Positions 19,758 to 32,766 of a stretch of DNA of 64,000 nt are shown one piece after another. The notes beneath the pieces are model-generated. The model worked only from the letters and a program-made list of their open reading frames with translations. It ran no database searches and was not told the origin of the DNA. Made by a program: the position numbers and the translations under genes. This DNA is from Longimicrobiales bacterium (GTDB lineage Bacteria; Gemmatimonadota; Gemmatimonadetes; Longimicrobiales; Gaopeijiaceae). Where the stretch lies: contig OZ220732.1 of NCBI GenBank assembly GCA_965116905.1, positions 2,880,001 through 2,944,000 on the forward strand. The letters are read 5' to 3'. Every line of letters begins with the position of its first letter. Position 1 is the stretch's first letter.

Positions 19758-20500
19758 CTGGGTCCAGGGAACTTGCCGGGTCCGTGGCGATCGTAACCGG
19801 GGGATCCAGGGGGATCGGCCTGGGGGTCTCGCAGGCGCTCGCGAGCGCGGGGGCCGCCGTGGCCGTGGTCGCCAGGGACGAGGCCCGGGCCGGCGATGCG
19901 GTCGCGGCGCTGGAGGGTGACGGCCACGCGGCCTACTCCTGCGACGTTGCCGACGGGAAGGCCTGCAGGAAGGTGATCGCCCGCGTGGAGTCGGCGCAGG
20001 GACCCGTCTCGGTGCTGGTCAACAACGCGGGGGTCACGCGCGACAACATCCTGCTCCGCATGCGCGACGAGGAATGGTCCCGGGTGATCGACACGAACCT
20101 CCGCGGCGCCTTCAACATGATCCGTGCCGCGACCCGCGGGATGATGAAGCGGCGCAGCGGGTCCATCGTCAACATCAGCTCCGTCATCGGACTGATGGGC
20201 AACCCCGGGCAGGCCAACTACGCCGCGTCCAAGGCGGGGCTGCACGGACTGACCAAATCGGTGGCGAAGGAACTGGCTTCGCGCAACGTGCGTTGCAACG
20301 CAGTCGCTCCCGGATTCATCCGGACGGACATGACCGCCGGTCTGGCCGAGGGACAGGTCGCGGAACTGAAGAACCGCATTCCCGCAGGAAGGCTCGGGGA
20401 GCCGCAGGATGTGGCTGGCGTCGTCCGGTTCCTTGCAGGACCGGAGGCGGGTTACATTACGGGTCAGATCATCGCCGTGGATGGCGGGATGGCGATGTAG
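19754..20500 (+). CDS. fabG: 3-oxoacyl-ACP reductase
   Basis: [24 protein letters not shown]. Confidence 0.97.
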   Translation: MTGSRELAGSVAIVTGGSRGIGLGVSQALASAGAAVAVVARDEARAGDAVAALEGDGHAAYSCDVADGKACRKVIARVESAQGPVSVLVNNAGVTRDNILLRMRDEEWSRVIDTNLRGAFNMIRAATRGMMKRRSGSIVNISSVIGLMGNPGQANYAASKAGLHGLTKSVAKELASRNVRCNAVAPGFIRTDMTAGLAEGQVAELKNRIPAGRLGEPQDVAGVVRFLAGPEAGYITGQIIAVDGGMAM

Positions 20501-20591
20501 TTGCTCGCGAATCGATGCAGTTGCCGGCGAGTCGCCGGCGCGTTCGAGCCGAACCAGGTGCGCCACCGGAAACAACGTACGGAGAAAAAGC

Positions 20592-20831
20592 ATGTCCGAC
20601 ACAACCGAAGCCAGGGTGAAGGAGATCATCGTCGACGAGCTCGGAGTCGAGGCCGACAAGGTCACGTTGGAAGCGTCGTTTGTGGATGACCTTGGCGCGG
20701 ACTCCCTCGACACCGTCGAATTGGTGATGGCGTTCGAAGAGGAATTCGGCATCGACATCCCGGACGAGGATGCGGAACAGATGCGGACGGTCGGAGACGC
20801 CGTATCCTATATCCAGGGAAACGCCGGCTGA
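20592..20831 (+). CDS. acpP: Acyl carrier protein
   Basis: [27 protein letters not shown]. Confidence 0.98.
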   Translation: MSDTTEARVKEIIVDELGVEADKVTLEASFVDDLGADSLDTVELVMAFEEEFGIDIPDEDAEQMRTVGDAVSYIQGNAG

Positions 20832-20852
20832 CCGGTAGCGAGTCGCAGGACC

Positions 20853-22115
20853 ATGGCTGATCGCCGCAGCGAGCGCCGGGTCGCCGTCACCGGGATGGGA
20901 GCGGTGAGCGCGGTCGGCCATGATGTCGCGTCCACCTGGGACGCGCTGCTCGACGGCACGCCCGGGGGCGGCACGATCACCGCGTTCGACCCCGAGGGCT
21001 TCGCCACCCGGATTGCCTGTGAGGTGAAGGACTTCGATCCGGGGCGCTATCTGTCGCGGAAGGAAGTCCGGCGCTACGACCGGTTTTGCCATTTCGCGCT
21101 TGCCTCGGCCGTGCAGGCGATGGCGTCCGGAGGCCTCGAGGGCCCGCCGGCCGGTTGCGATCCGACGGATTTCGGCGTGATCATGGCCAGCGGCGTCGGC
21201 GGCATCGCCACCCTCGAAGCCAACTGCCGCATTCTGAATGACCGGGGACCCGGGCGCGTCAGCCCGTTCTTCATCCCGATGTTCATCCCGGACATCGCCG
21301 CGGGGTTGATGTCGATCCGCTACGGGCTCCAGGGCCCCAACTACGCGACCGTCTCGGCCTGCGCCTCCGGCTCGCACGCGATCGGCGACGCGATGCGGTA
21401 CATCCAGCGCGGCGAGGCGAAGCTCATGCTTGCCGGAGGGGCGGAGGCCGCGGTAACGCCGATCACGATCGCGGGGTTCTCATCGATGAAGGCGATGTCG
21501 CGCCGGAACGACGACCCCGAGGGGGCCAGCCGGCCGTTCGATGCGGGACGCGACGGCTTCGTAATCGGCGAGGGGGCGGCGTGCGTGCTGCTCGAGGAAA
21601 TGGAGCACGCCCGGGCCCGGGGCGCCGAGATCCTCGGCGAGGTCGTCGGTTACGGCGCCACCGGAGACGCCCACCACATCACTGCGCCCCCACCCGACGC
21701 GCACGGCGCGCAGTCGGCAATGCGGCTGGCCCTGGAAGACGCGGGACTGAGCGCCGGGGACGTCACCTACATCAATGCGCACGGCACTTCGACGCCGCAG
21801 AACGACACGGCGGAGACGGCCGCGGTCAAGGCCGTGCTGGGCGAGCACGCGTACGACGTGGTCGTGGGGTCGACCAAGTCCATGACCGGGCACCTTCTCG
21901 GAGCCGCCGGGGCCATGGAGACCGTCATCTGCGTGATGGCCTGCCGGACCGGAAGGATCCCGCCGACCATCAACTTCTCCGAGCGTGACGACACCTGCGA
22001 CCTCGATTACGCGCATGACGGCATGGTCGAGCGGCCGGTGACGTTTGCCCTGAACAACTCCTTCGGGTTTGGCGGACACAACGTTTGCCTGGCGATCGGG
22101 AGATACGAGGGGTAG
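20853..22115 (+). CDS. fabF: Beta-ketoacyl-ACP synthase II
   Basis: SACASG, NAHGTST, KSMTGHLLGAAG, NSFGFGG. Confidence 0.97.
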   Translation: MADRRSERRVAVTGMGAVSAVGHDVASTWDALLDGTPGGGTITAFDPEGFATRIACEVKDFDPGRYLSRKEVRRYDRFCHFALASAVQAMASGGLEGPPAGCDPTDFGVIMASGVGGIATLEANCRILNDRGPGRVSPFFIPMFIPDIAAGLMSIRYGLQGPNYATVSACASGSHAIGDAMRYIQRGEAKLMLAGGAEAAVTPITIAGFSSMKAMSRRNDDPEGASRPFDAGRDGFVIGEGAACVLLEEMEHARARGAEILGEVVGYGATGDAHHITAPPPDAHGAQSAMRLALEDAGLSAGDVTYINAHGTSTPQNDTAETAAVKAVLGEHAYDVVVGSTKSMTGHLLGAAGAMETVICVMACRTGRIPPTINFSERDDTCDLDYAHDGMVERPVTFALNNSFGFGGHNVCLAIGRYEG

Positions 22116-22122
22116 GAAGTCC

Positions 22123-22620
22123 GTGACAGAAGTCCGCGTCGGGATCGGGTACGACTCACACCGCTTCGATCCGGCCCGTCCGCTGATCCTGGCCGGAGTG
22201 CACTTTCCGGACCATCCAGGCCTCGCGGGCTTCTCGGACGCCGATGCCGTTGCCCACGCGGTGATCGATGCGGTGCTGGGGGCGGTCGCCCTCGGCGATG
22301 TCGGCACGCATTTTCCACCGGGCGACGACGCCTGGCGGGACGCGGACTCCATGGACCTGCTGGCGCGGGCGATGGCGATCCTGAGCGCGGAGTCGTGGAG
22401 GGTCAGGAACGTGGACGTGACGGTCGTCTGCGAGAGCCCGCGGATCGGTCCGCGTGTCGATGAAATGCGCGCCAGCCTCGCGGCGTGCCTGGGGATTCCG
22501 GTCGCCGGGGTGTCGGTCAAGGGGAAGTCGAACGAGGGCATGGGCTGGATCGGCAGACGCGAAGGGATCGCGGTCCAGGCCGTGGCCGCCGTGGCGCCCG
22601 CCCCCGATCCGGGGGGCTAG
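22123..22620 (+). CDS. ispF: 2-C-methyl-D-erythritol 2,4-cyclodiphosphate synthase
   Basis: RVGIGYDSH, SDADAVAHA, GDVG.HFP, KGKSNE. Confidence 0.95.
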   Translation: MTEVRVGIGYDSHRFDPARPLILAGVHFPDHPGLAGFSDADAVAHAVIDAVLGAVALGDVGTHFPPGDDAWRDADSMDLLARAMAILSAESWRVRNVDVTVVCESPRIGPRVDEMRASLAACLGIPVAGVSVKGKSNEGMGWIGRREGIAVQAVAAVAPAPDPGG

Positions 22621-22627
22621 CCGCAGG

Positions 22628-23269
22628 GTGGAGCGCGCCCTTTCCTTCCTGACCGAGCTGCCGCCGGCGCTGGCGTACGCGCTGCTCGCGGCCGGTGCGG
22701 CGATAGAGAACATCCTGCCGGTGGTTCCGGCCGACACGTTCATCGTCGCGGGCGGCCTGATCGCGGGATTGGGGACCGTACACCCGGTCGCCATGTTCGG
22801 TGTGGTGTGGGGCGGCAACGTGGGCGGCGCGATCGCCGTCTATGGCGTCGGATGGCGGTACGGGCCCTCGTTTCTACGCACGCGGCCCGGGCGCAGGCTC
22901 GCCGACGAGCACCGGATGGAGAGATTGCAGGCCTTCTACAGGCGCTGGGGAGTGGTGGCCATCTTTCTCGCGCGCTTCCTGCCGGGCTTCCGCGCGGTGG
23001 TCCCGGTGTTCGCCGGCGTGACACGGCTGAGGCCGGCCCGGGCGATTCCGCCGATGGTCGTGGCTTCCGCGATCTGGTACGGCGCGCTTCTGCGCATCGG
23101 CTACCTTGGCGGAGACAACATCGAGGCGGTCGCCGCGACGCTCGAGCAGGCCAATCGCGGCCTCCTGATCGCGTCCTCGGCGCTCGCGGTCCTGATCGCC
23201 GGACTGTGGTGGCGATCCCGTCTCAGGGCGAGGCGGGACCAGGGCGGCGTGGACGGCGATGGGGGCTGA
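22628..23269 (+). CDS. DedA family membrane protein
   Basis: ENILPVVP.D and ARFLPGFR motifs; several TM helices. Confidence 0.9.
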   Translation: MERALSFLTELPPALAYALLAAGAAIENILPVVPADTFIVAGGLIAGLGTVHPVAMFGVVWGGNVGGAIAVYGVGWRYGPSFLRTRPGRRLADEHRMERLQAFYRRWGVVAIFLARFLPGFRAVVPVFAGVTRLRPARAIPPMVVASAIWYGALLRIGYLGGDNIEAVAATLEQANRGLLIASSALAVLIAGLWWRSRLRARRDQGGVDGDGG

Positions 23270-24185
23270 GACCACGGCGGGCGCGCTTGAGCGCAGGTAC
23301 TACGTCGAACCTTTCCTGGACTACCTGGCGCTCGAACGGGGACTGAGACCGGGAACGCTGGCCGCGTATCGTACCGATATCCGCCGCTTCGCGTCGTACC
23401 TTGCGGATCGGGGTGTCTCCGAACCCGGGACGATCGATCACCGGATCCTGCACGAATACCAGTCGAGGTTGAGAAGCGACGGCCTCGCCCCGACGACGAT
23501 TCGCAGGGCCCAGTCGGCGTTGCGCGCATACTTCGGCTTCCTGGCCGCCGAGGGGATCGTGCCGGACGACCCGACCGACCGGATGGATCGTCCCGCCGCT
23601 GCCAGGAGGCTTCCCGAATTCCTGACCCAGGACGAGGCGGCCCGCGTGGTCGAGGCCGTCGATCCGGACTCTCCCGCCCACTGGCGGGATCGCGCCGTGC
23701 TGGAGCTTCTCTATGCCACCGGGATGCGCGTCAGCGAGCTCACGGGGCTGTCGCTCGGCGATGTCGATCTGGAGACGGGGAGCTGCATCGTCTTCGGGAA
23801 GGGCGGAAAGGAGCGACTCGTGCCCGTCGGCGCGGTCGCGCTTGACGTCGTGCAGCGCTACCTCGCCTCCGTTCGTCCGGCCTTCGACCGCGGTCGGGCT
23901 CAGGGAGCCTTCTTCCTCAACCAGCGCGGGGGCCGGCTGAGCCGCATGTCGATCTGGACCATCGTGAAGCAGGCTGCCGCGAGAGCGGGCATCGACCGCG
24001 CCATTTCACCGCACACGCTGCGGCACTCGTGCGCGACGCATCTCCTCGAGGGGGGCGCCGACCTGGCCGCGGTTCAGGAGCTGCTCGGCCACGCCGACAT
24101 CTCCACAACCCAGATCTACACGCACCTGGACAGGGAGTACCTGCGGGCAACCCACCGCCGATACCACCCGCGGAGTCAGGGCTGA
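23259..24185 (+). CDS. xerD: Tyrosine recombinase XerD
   Basis: [47 protein letters not shown]-terminal YHPR. Confidence 0.92.
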   Translation: MGAETTAGALERRYYVEPFLDYLALERGLRPGTLAAYRTDIRRFASYLADRGVSEPGTIDHRILHEYQSRLRSDGLAPTTIRRAQSALRAYFGFLAAEGIVPDDPTDRMDRPAAARRLPEFLTQDEAARVVEAVDPDSPAHWRDRAVLELLYATGMRVSELTGLSLGDVDLETGSCIVFGKGGKERLVPVGAVALDVVQRYLASVRPAFDRGRAQGAFFLNQRGGRLSRMSIWTIVKQAAARAGIDRAISPHTLRHSCATHLLEGGADLAAVQELLGHADISTTQIYTHLDREYLRATHRRYHPRSQG

Positions 24186-25786
24186 CGGTCGCCCATCGCA
24201 GCGACGCGGGCAAACAGCTCCGCCGGGGTGTCCACGGAGCGGGCCAGTGCCAGTGCTTCGGCCAGCACCCGGTCACGCTGCGCCAGCACGTCGAGCATGG
24301 GACCGTGGGCGTCGGCGCGGTACAGGTAGCGCATCTGTGTTCGCCAATCCAGGTAATCGCGTGCGACGGGGTCCTGGACGATCTCGGACGACATCCCCTC
24401 CGCAACGAGCTGTTCGGCAAGTCCGTCGAAGGATGAAGAGGGCAGGGGCTCGGCGCTTCCCGCCTCGAGAGCGTCCTTGGCCAGCTCGAAGGCGTACTCC
24501 TCGATGCGCACCGCGAAGGGCACACCAAGCTGGTTGGCGTGATTGAGGAGCGCCTCCTCCTGTGGCTTGAACGAGTCGTCGGCAACCTGCATGTCCGGGA
24601 AGACGCCGCCATCGCTCCGGAGTTCCCGTCCGGCCAGGGTCGCAACCGTCTGGCTCTCCGACTCGACCTCCGGTACGGGCGTGCCGTCGCTGTGCCGCGC
24701 CCGGTGCAGGGAACGGCCCAGCGGCGTGTGCCACGCACCCGTGGTGATGCTGATCCGTCGTCCTGCGATCAGCGGATAGACGGTCTGCACCACGCCCTTG
24801 CCGAACGTCCTCTGCCCCAGCACGACAGCCCGGTCGTGATCCTGCAACGCACCCGATATGATCTCGGCCGCGGACGCGGTGAACTCGTCAACCAGCACGA
24901 TGATGGGGGTGTCGGTGAGGCGCGCCGGGCTGCGGGCCGGCCAGGATTGCGTCTCCAGGATGCCGGTGGGACCCCGGGCCTCCGCGCTCGCCAGCCGCTG
25001 TCCCGGTGCCAGGAACAGGTCTACGATGCGCAAGGATTCGTCGAGGTACCCGCCGGGATTGCGGCGGAGGTCCATGACCAGCGCGCTCAAATCGCCGAAT
25101 TCCCGGAGGGCCTGGTCGAGTTCGTCCGCCGCACCCCGCGCGATGCGATCGATGGCGAGGAACGCGATCCCCCCGTCGAGCAGCGTCGCCTGCACGGCCT
25201 CGACATGCACATTGTCGCGCACGATCGTCATGGGGAGGGGCTCCTCGTAGCCGTCACGCGCCACGCGGATCTGGACGACGGTGCCGGGAGTCCCGCGTAT
25301 GGAGTCCCGCGCCTGATCGAGCGACCAGTCGCGCGCGTCATGCCCCTCCACCCAGACGATTCTGTCCCCCACGATCATTCCCGCGCCCTCGGCGGGCGTG
25401 TCCCGGAACACGGCGGTCACGGTCACCCGTCCCGCAAGGAGGCTGATCTGGACGCCGATTCCGGCGTAGTTGCCCGTGTTCGTTTCGGTGAACCGGCCGT
25501 ATTCGTCGGGAGTGAACACCCGTGCGTACGGGTCGTCCAGCTGCTCGAGGAGACCGTCGATCGCGCGTTCCCATAGAGCCGAGTCGCCCAGCGCCGTCGA
25601 GTGGTACTGGGAGATCGTCTCGAACACCTTGAGAAAGAGCCGGCCCTCTTCCGTGTCCAGGGGGGCCTGCGCGGACACGGAGTCCGCACGGGCTCCAATC
25701 CGAGCACTCGTGTCCTGGCCGTGCGCGGCTCCCGGGAGGAGCGCCAGCGCGGTGGCGATGGATGCAAGCGGGAATGTTCTTGGCAT
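24176..25786 (-). CDS. S41 family C-terminal processing peptidase (CtpA-like)
   Basis: Signal peptide, LDDPY, GIG-PDZ domain, [23 protein letters not shown]. Confidence 0.93.
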   Translation of the reverse strand: MPRTFPLASIATALALLPGAAHGQDTSARIGARADSVSAQAPLDTEEGRLFLKVFETISQYHSTALGDSALWERAIDGLLEQLDDPYARVFTPDEYGRFTETNTGNYAGIGVQISLLAGRVTVTAVFRDTPAEGAGMIVGDRIVWVEGHDARDWSLDQARDSIRGTPGTVVQIRVARDGYEEPLPMTIVRDNVHVEAVQATLLDGGIAFLAIDRIARGAADELDQALREFGDLSALVMDLRRNPGGYLDESLRIVDLFLAPGQRLASAEARGPTGILETQSWPARSPARLTDTPIIVLVDEFTASAAEIISGALQDHDRAVVLGQRTFGKGVVQTVYPLIAGRRISITTGAWHTPLGRSLHRARHSDGTPVPEVESESQTVATLAGRELRSDGGVFPDMQVADDSFKPQEEALLNHANQLGVPFAVRIEEYAFELAKDALEAGSAEPLPSSSFDGLAEQLVAEGMSSEIVQDPVARDYLDWRTQMRYLYRADAHGPMLDVLAQRDRVLAEALALARSVDTPAELFARVAAMGDRQP

Positions 25787-25894
25787 GGTGCCTTTCTTTC
25801 TGTTTTTCGTAACCTCATAGATTATGGAACATTGTCCGCCGCCGGGGCTACCCCCGGCCCCGCATCCGCAGACGCAAACGGTCGAGAGTCCGAC

Positions 25895-27712
25895 ATGATC
25901 CACGGGGACCGGCTTCACGTCGGGCTCTGCCAGGTCAAGCCGCGCAAGGGAGACCTGGAGGCCAACGCGGCATTGGTACGGAGCATGCTGCATCGGGACG
26001 CGGACATCCTGGTCTTCCCCGAGACGGCGCTGACCGGCTACTTCGTCGAGGGCGCGGCCAGCGAGCTGGCGCTCACGCGGGACGGGCTGGTGCGCCGATT
26101 GGGGCCTCCGCCCGAAGGAGGCGGCTCCGATGTGGTTCTGGGCTTCTACGAGAAGGACACCCGGGGCGTCTATAACAGCATCGCCTACCTGACCCCCGGT
26201 CCGGGTCATTACGAAGTGGTACATGTGCACCGCAAGGTGTTCCTGCCGACCTACGGGCTCTTCGAGGAGAGCCGGTTCGTGGAGCCGGGGCGATCCGTGC
26301 ATGCGTTCGACACGCGCTTCGGACGACTCGGCATGCTGGTCTGCGAGGACTTGACCCACTCGCTGACGGCGTCGATCCTGGCGCTCGGCGGGGCGAGCCT
26401 GATTCTGTGCGGATGCGCTTCGCCCGCGCGCGGATTCGGACCGGAGCTGTCACGTCCGGCCAATCTCGTGACGTGGGACCGGATCGCCGCGCGCGCGGCC
26501 TCGGAGCACGGCGTCTTCGTGCTTCTTGCCCAGCTGGCTGGATCGGAGGGAGGCAAGCTCTTCGCTGGCGGCTCTTCGGCCTGGGGACCCGACGGGCGCC
26601 TGCTCGCGCGCGGGCCGCTCTTCGAGCCATGCGTGACCCCGGTTGAACTGGATCCGGACAAGGTGACCCGTGTGCGCGCCGAGTCTCCGTACCTGTCCGA
26701 CCTGACGACGGCCCTGCCGCATCTCCTGCGGTCGCTGGAGCGATCGTGGAGGGGGGAAGAGGGGGAGGGGGAGGGGGAGGGCGAAGGGGAGGGTCCTGGG
26801 GACAGTGGCCGCACGCGACGTGCCGACGATTCATCCGGGCAGGCCGTGGAATCGGCGCCCGCCGGGCAGCGCCAGCGCCCGGACGGCGAGGACCTGCAGG
26901 CACTCGCGATCGATCCGGAACTGGTGGAAGCCGCACTTGTCGAGTTCATCCGTGAGGAGGTGGTTCGGCGGCGCGGCTTTTCCCGGGTGGTGATCGGAGT
27001 CTCCGGCGGAGTGGACTCGGCGGTGTCCCTCGTCCTGGCCTGCAAGGCGCTGGGCCCGGACAACGTGTTCGCCTTTCGGCTCCCGTACGCCACCTCCAGT
27101 CCCGACAGCCTCGAGCACGCGCACCTGGTGATTTCCGCCGTGGGCGCGCACGAGCGCACGCTGTCGATCACCGATGCCGTGGACGCGTACGTGGATGCCC
27201 ACGAGCCGGAACTGACGCCGATGCGCCGAGGGAACCTGGCCGCACGGCAGCGTTCCCTGATCCTCTTCGATCAGTCGGCCAAGCTCGGCGCGCTCCCCCT
27301 CGGAACGGGCAACAAGAGCGAGCGCCTGCTCGGGTACTATACCTGGCACGCCGACGATTCTCCGCCGATCAACCCCCTCGGCGACCTGTTCAAGACGCAG
27401 GTGTGGACTCTGGCGCGGCACCTTGGCGTGCCGCCCGAAATCGTCGAGAAGCCGGCGAGCGCGGACCTGATCCGGGGCGTTCACGACGAAGACGAGCTGG
27501 GCATCTCGTACCACCGGGCCGACCCCGTCCTGCACTGGCTGCTGCAGGGGTACGATGTCGAGGCCCTCGTGGCCATGGGGTTCAGGCGTGACGAGGTGTC
27601 GACCGTCTGGCGGCGCCTGTCGTCGACGCACTGGAAGCGGCAGCTCCCGACGGTTGCACTGCTTTCGGACAGCGCGATCGGGCAGTGGTACCTGCGTCCG
27701 GTCGACTACTAG
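25895..27712 (+). CDS. nadE: Glutamine-dependent NAD+ synthetase (nitrilase-fold + NadE)
   Basis: Nitrilase triad FPE / HRK / VCED; synthetase GVSGGVDS, GTGNKSE, GDLFKTQV, PASADL. Confidence 0.93.
   Translation: MIHGDRLHVGLCQVKPRKGDLEANAALVRSMLHRDADILVFPETALTGYFVEGAASELALTRDGLVRRLGPPPEGGGSDVVLGFYEKDTRGVYNSIAYLTPGPGHYEVVHVHRKVFLPTYGLFEESRFVEPGRSVHAFDTRFGRLGMLVCEDLTHSLTASILALGGASLILCGCASPARGFGPELSRPANLVTWDRIAARAASEHGVFVLLAQLAGSEGGKLFAGGSSAWGPDGRLLARGPLFEPCVTPVELDPDKVTRVRAESPYLSDLTTALPHLLRSLERSWRGEEGEGEGEGEGEGPGDSGRTRRADDSSGQAVESAPAGQRQRPDGEDLQALAIDPELVEAALVEFIREEVVRRRGFSRVVIGVSGGVDSAVSLVLACKALGPDNVFAFRLPYATSSPDSLEHAHLVISAVGAHERTLSITDAVDAYVDAHEPELTPMRRGNLAARQRSLILFDQSAKLGALPLGTGNKSERLLGYYTWHADDSPPINPLGDLFKTQVWTLARHLGVPPEIVEKPASADLIRGVHDEDELGISYHRADPVLHWLLQGYDVEALVAMGFRRDEVSTVWRRLSSTHWKRQLPTVALLSDSAIGQWYLRPVDY
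26750..26795 (+). repeat. (Gly-Glu)n low-complexity hexamer repeat in the NadE linker
   Basis: GGGGAG-type repeat encoding GEEGEGEGEGEGEG. Confidence 0.85.
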
Positions 27713-27714
27713 CT

Positions 27715-27744
27715 TCGGGCGTTCACCGGTCGGGCGTTCACCGG
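27715..27744. repeat. Perfect 15-bp tandem repeat between convergent genes
   Basis: TCGGGCGTTCACCGG x2. Confidence 0.85.
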
Positions 27745-27764
27745 GCCCCCGGCCGTCCGGGCCG

Positions 27765-28796
27765 CTAGCGCGAACCCGCGATTCGGCGGCGCAGGGAATC
27801 GAGGAGAGGCGTCGGCGTCAGCGACCCGTCCATGATCTCGGCCAGCTCCTCCTCCCGGCGCCAGTGGGCCTCCAGTTCCGCCACCTGCATTGCCAGCAGC
27901 CGCTGCTCGCGTTCCTCGTGGACGGCGATCTCGAGCGCGACTCGTCCAAGGTTGCCGACCTGGCCCAGCGTCCTCCCCGGCCGAAGGATCCTGCCGGCAA
28001 GGGCCTGCGGGCCACCGGTAACCTCGATCAGGCGGGCCGCCCCCCTCACCCGTTTTTCCGATGCGCCGGCGAAGTGGTGGTATGCCAGCACCCTGCGGAG
28101 CGTGCGGTTGGCCTCCTGGCCACGAAGTTCCAATCCGGATTCGTTCGAGCGGTCGGTGCATCGGCTGCACGACAGGACGACGCCCTGGGCCTCTTCGTCC
28201 GCGGTGATGATCAGGCCGCCCCGGTCGCGGTAGCGGAAGCTCCGGATCGCCCTGCCGCACCGTCGGCACTGTCCGGTGCCCCGCCAGGCGATGTTGCCGA
28301 AACGGAGCCAGCGCGCCCCTCCGGTGACCAGGCCCGGAGCATTGTCCCAGATGAGCCAGGCCGCCAGAAAACTCATTCCGCCGGTCGCCCAGGAACCCGC
28401 GATCGCCGCTGCGGCTCCCACGGTACCGGCGGTCGAGAGCTTGCGGTAGCGCTCCCGGCGGGCGCGAAGTTCCCTGCCGTAGCGCCACCACGCTTCCTCC
28501 ACCAGCCTGGCTTGACCGACGCGGACGATCTCCAGAGGTCCGGCTCGCATCAGGGCGATGTTGTCCGTGCTGGACAGGAGCCGCCCCCGGTCTGTAACCA
28601 GTCGTTCCAGCTCCTCGAGCGCCTCCCACCGCGACTCGATCGGGATCAGGGACCAGCGCGAACAGGAGCGGCAGATTTGCCAGAGGCGCCCGCGCGCCGG
28701 GTCGTACGCCACGCGCCTGCCCCGGTCGAGGTGCTCGAGCGCTTCGTTCGGCCGGAAACCCTGGCCGCAGACGAGGCATTTCTGGTACATGCTCAT
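27765..28796 (-). CDS. Hypothetical membrane protein with four CxxC pairs
   Basis: CLVC, CRSC, central hydrophobic segment, CRRC, CSRC, C-terminal helical E/R-rich region. Confidence 0.8.
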   Translation of the reverse strand: MSMYQKCLVCGQGFRPNEALEHLDRGRRVAYDPARGRLWQICRSCSRWSLIPIESRWEALEELERLVTDRGRLLSSTDNIALMRAGPLEIVRVGQARLVEEAWWRYGRELRARRERYRKLSTAGTVGAAAAIAGSWATGGMSFLAAWLIWDNAPGLVTGGARWLRFGNIAWRGTGQCRRCGRAIRSFRYRDRGGLIITADEEAQGVVLSCSRCTDRSNESGLELRGQEANRTLRRVLAYHHFAGASEKRVRGAARLIEVTGGPQALAGRILRPGRTLGQVGNLGRVALEIAVHEEREQRLLAMQVAELEAHWRREEELAEIMDGSLTPTPLLDSLRRRIAGSR

Positions 28797-28806
28797 GATA
28801 CCCGCC

Positions 28807-28814
28807 TTATTATA
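28807..28814. promoter_or_regulatory. Overlapping bidirectional -10 elements
   Basis: TATTAT on + (28808-28813) 6 nt before ATG 28820; TATAAT on - (28814-28809), in a 23-bp divergent gap. Confidence 0.55.
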
Positions 28815-28819
28815 CGTGC

Positions 28820-29407
28820 ATGCTGGCCGTAATCGACAACTACGATTCCTTTACGTGGAACCTGGTCCAGATGCTTGGCGAACTGGGCCGGAACCCCCGC
28901 GTCTTCCGGAACGACGAGGTCACGCCGGACGAACTGCGCATCGGGGGAACCACCCGCCTGGTGGTGTCGCCGGGACCGTGCACCCCGGCCGAGGCCGGGA
29001 TCAGTGTCGAGGCCATCCGGACACTCGGGCCGACAACTCCGGTCCTGGGCGTGTGCCTCGGCCATCAGGCCATCGGCGAGGCGTACGGCGGCCGCACCAT
29101 CCGGGCTGCGCGAACGGTACACGGCAAGATCGGGAGGATACGCCACAACGGTGACCCGCTCTTCGCCGGCGTGCCCGAACGGAGCCGGGTGGCCCGCTAT
29201 CACTCGCTGGTGACTTCGCCGGACCTTCCCGGGGGTCTCGTTCCGATTGCCTGGAGCGCGGAACCGTCGGACGAGGGCGAGATCCAGGCCATGAGGCATC
29301 GCACGCATCCGGTCTGGGGGATTCAGTTCCATCCGGAGTCGTGGTTCACCGAGGGAGGGCGACGCATCCTGCGGAACTTCCTTGCCGTGCCCCCCGGTTC
29401 GGGGTAG
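28820..29407 (+). CDS. Anthranilate/ADC synthase glutamine amidotransferase component (TrpG/PabA)
   Basis: IDNYDSFT, SPGP, GVCLGHQ, RYHSL, QFHPES. Confidence 0.95.
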   Translation: MLAVIDNYDSFTWNLVQMLGELGRNPRVFRNDEVTPDELRIGGTTRLVVSPGPCTPAEAGISVEAIRTLGPTTPVLGVCLGHQAIGEAYGGRTIRAARTVHGKIGRIRHNGDPLFAGVPERSRVARYHSLVTSPDLPGGLVPIAWSAEPSDEGEIQAMRHRTHPVWGIQFHPESWFTEGGRRILRNFLAVPPGSG

Positions 29408-29443
29408 CTTGAGGTCCGTGAAACACACGGATTTTCGGGGTTC

Positions 29444-31911
<2,468 letters not shown>

Positions 31912-31915
31912 GTCG

Positions 31916-32764
31916 GTGCCGCGTGTCGCTCGGCGCAGCGATTCCCGGCGTCGGATTGGCGGTACTCCGGGACCGTTCACACTCTTCGCGGGCCCCTGCG
32001 TTCTCGAAGACGACGAACTGAACGTCGCCGTGGCCAGGGGGGTGCAGGCCGCGGCTGACCGGGCCGGATTCCCGGCGGTCTTCAAGGCTTCATTCGACAA
32101 GGCCAACAGATCGCGCCTCGGCTCTCACCGCGGTCCGGGTCTCAGCGCGGGGCTAGCACGCCTTCGTACGGTGCGGGCCGAGACGGGACTGCCCGTCGTG
32201 ACCGATATTCACGAGCCGACTCAGGCCGAGGCGGTAGCCGAAGTGGCGGACGTGCTCCAGGTTCCCGCCTTTCTCTGCCGGCAGACGGAGTTGCTTTTGG
32301 CGGCCGGGAAAACGGGAAGGGCGGTCAACGTGAAGAAGGGGCAGTGGATGTCCCCGTCCGCGATGGCCGGCGCCGTGGAGAAGGTGCGAGCCGGCGGCGC
32401 CCGCCATGTCATGGTCACGGAGAGGGGCACGTCGTTCGGCTATGGCGACCTCGTCGTGGACATGCGCAGCTTTGCCCTTATCCGGGAGGCTGCGGGAGTT
32501 CCCGTGATCTTCGACGGGACGCACTCGGTCCAGCAGCCCGGAGGTGCGGCAGGGGGGTCGACCGGCGGCAGGCCCGAACACATCGCACCGCTCGTCAGGG
32601 CCGCGGTCGCGGCGGGTTGCGACGGACTCTTTGTCGAAGTCCACCCCCATCCGGCGTCGGCACCCTCGGACGGCAGCAACATGCTCCCGCTCGAGGAACT
32701 CCCCCGGCTCCTGGACGCCGTGGCGGCCATCCGCTCCGCCCTTGCCGCAGGGGCTGTCGCGTAG
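31916..32764 (+). CDS. kdsA: KDO 8-phosphate synthase (start approximate)
   Basis: AGPCVLE, KASFDKANRS, PAFLCRQT, KKGQ, DGTHSVQQPG. Confidence 0.96.
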   Translation: MPRVARRSDSRRRIGGTPGPFTLFAGPCVLEDDELNVAVARGVQAAADRAGFPAVFKASFDKANRSRLGSHRGPGLSAGLARLRTVRAETGLPVVTDIHEPTQAEAVAEVADVLQVPAFLCRQTELLLAAGKTGRAVNVKKGQWMSPSAMAGAVEKVRAGGARHVMVTERGTSFGYGDLVVDMRSFALIREAAGVPVIFDGTHSVQQPGGAAGGSTGGRPEHIAPLVRAAVAAGCDGLFVEVHPHPASAPSDGSNMLPLEELPRLLDAVAAIRSALAAGAVA

Positions 32765-32766
32765 CC

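Noticed and set aside
17788..22115. fab genes as a type II polyketide cluster
   Set aside because: Canonical plsX-fabH-fabD-fabG-acpP-fabF order, with no chain-length factor or tailoring enzymes.
23259..24185. Tyrosine recombinase as a phage or integron integrase
   Set aside because: XerD-like size and motifs, embedded among housekeeping genes, no integron-integrase insertion, att sites or cargo.
25895..27712. Nitrilase-NadE fusion as a novelty
   Set aside because: This is the established architecture of glutamine-dependent NAD synthetase; only the GE-repeat linker is idiosyncratic.
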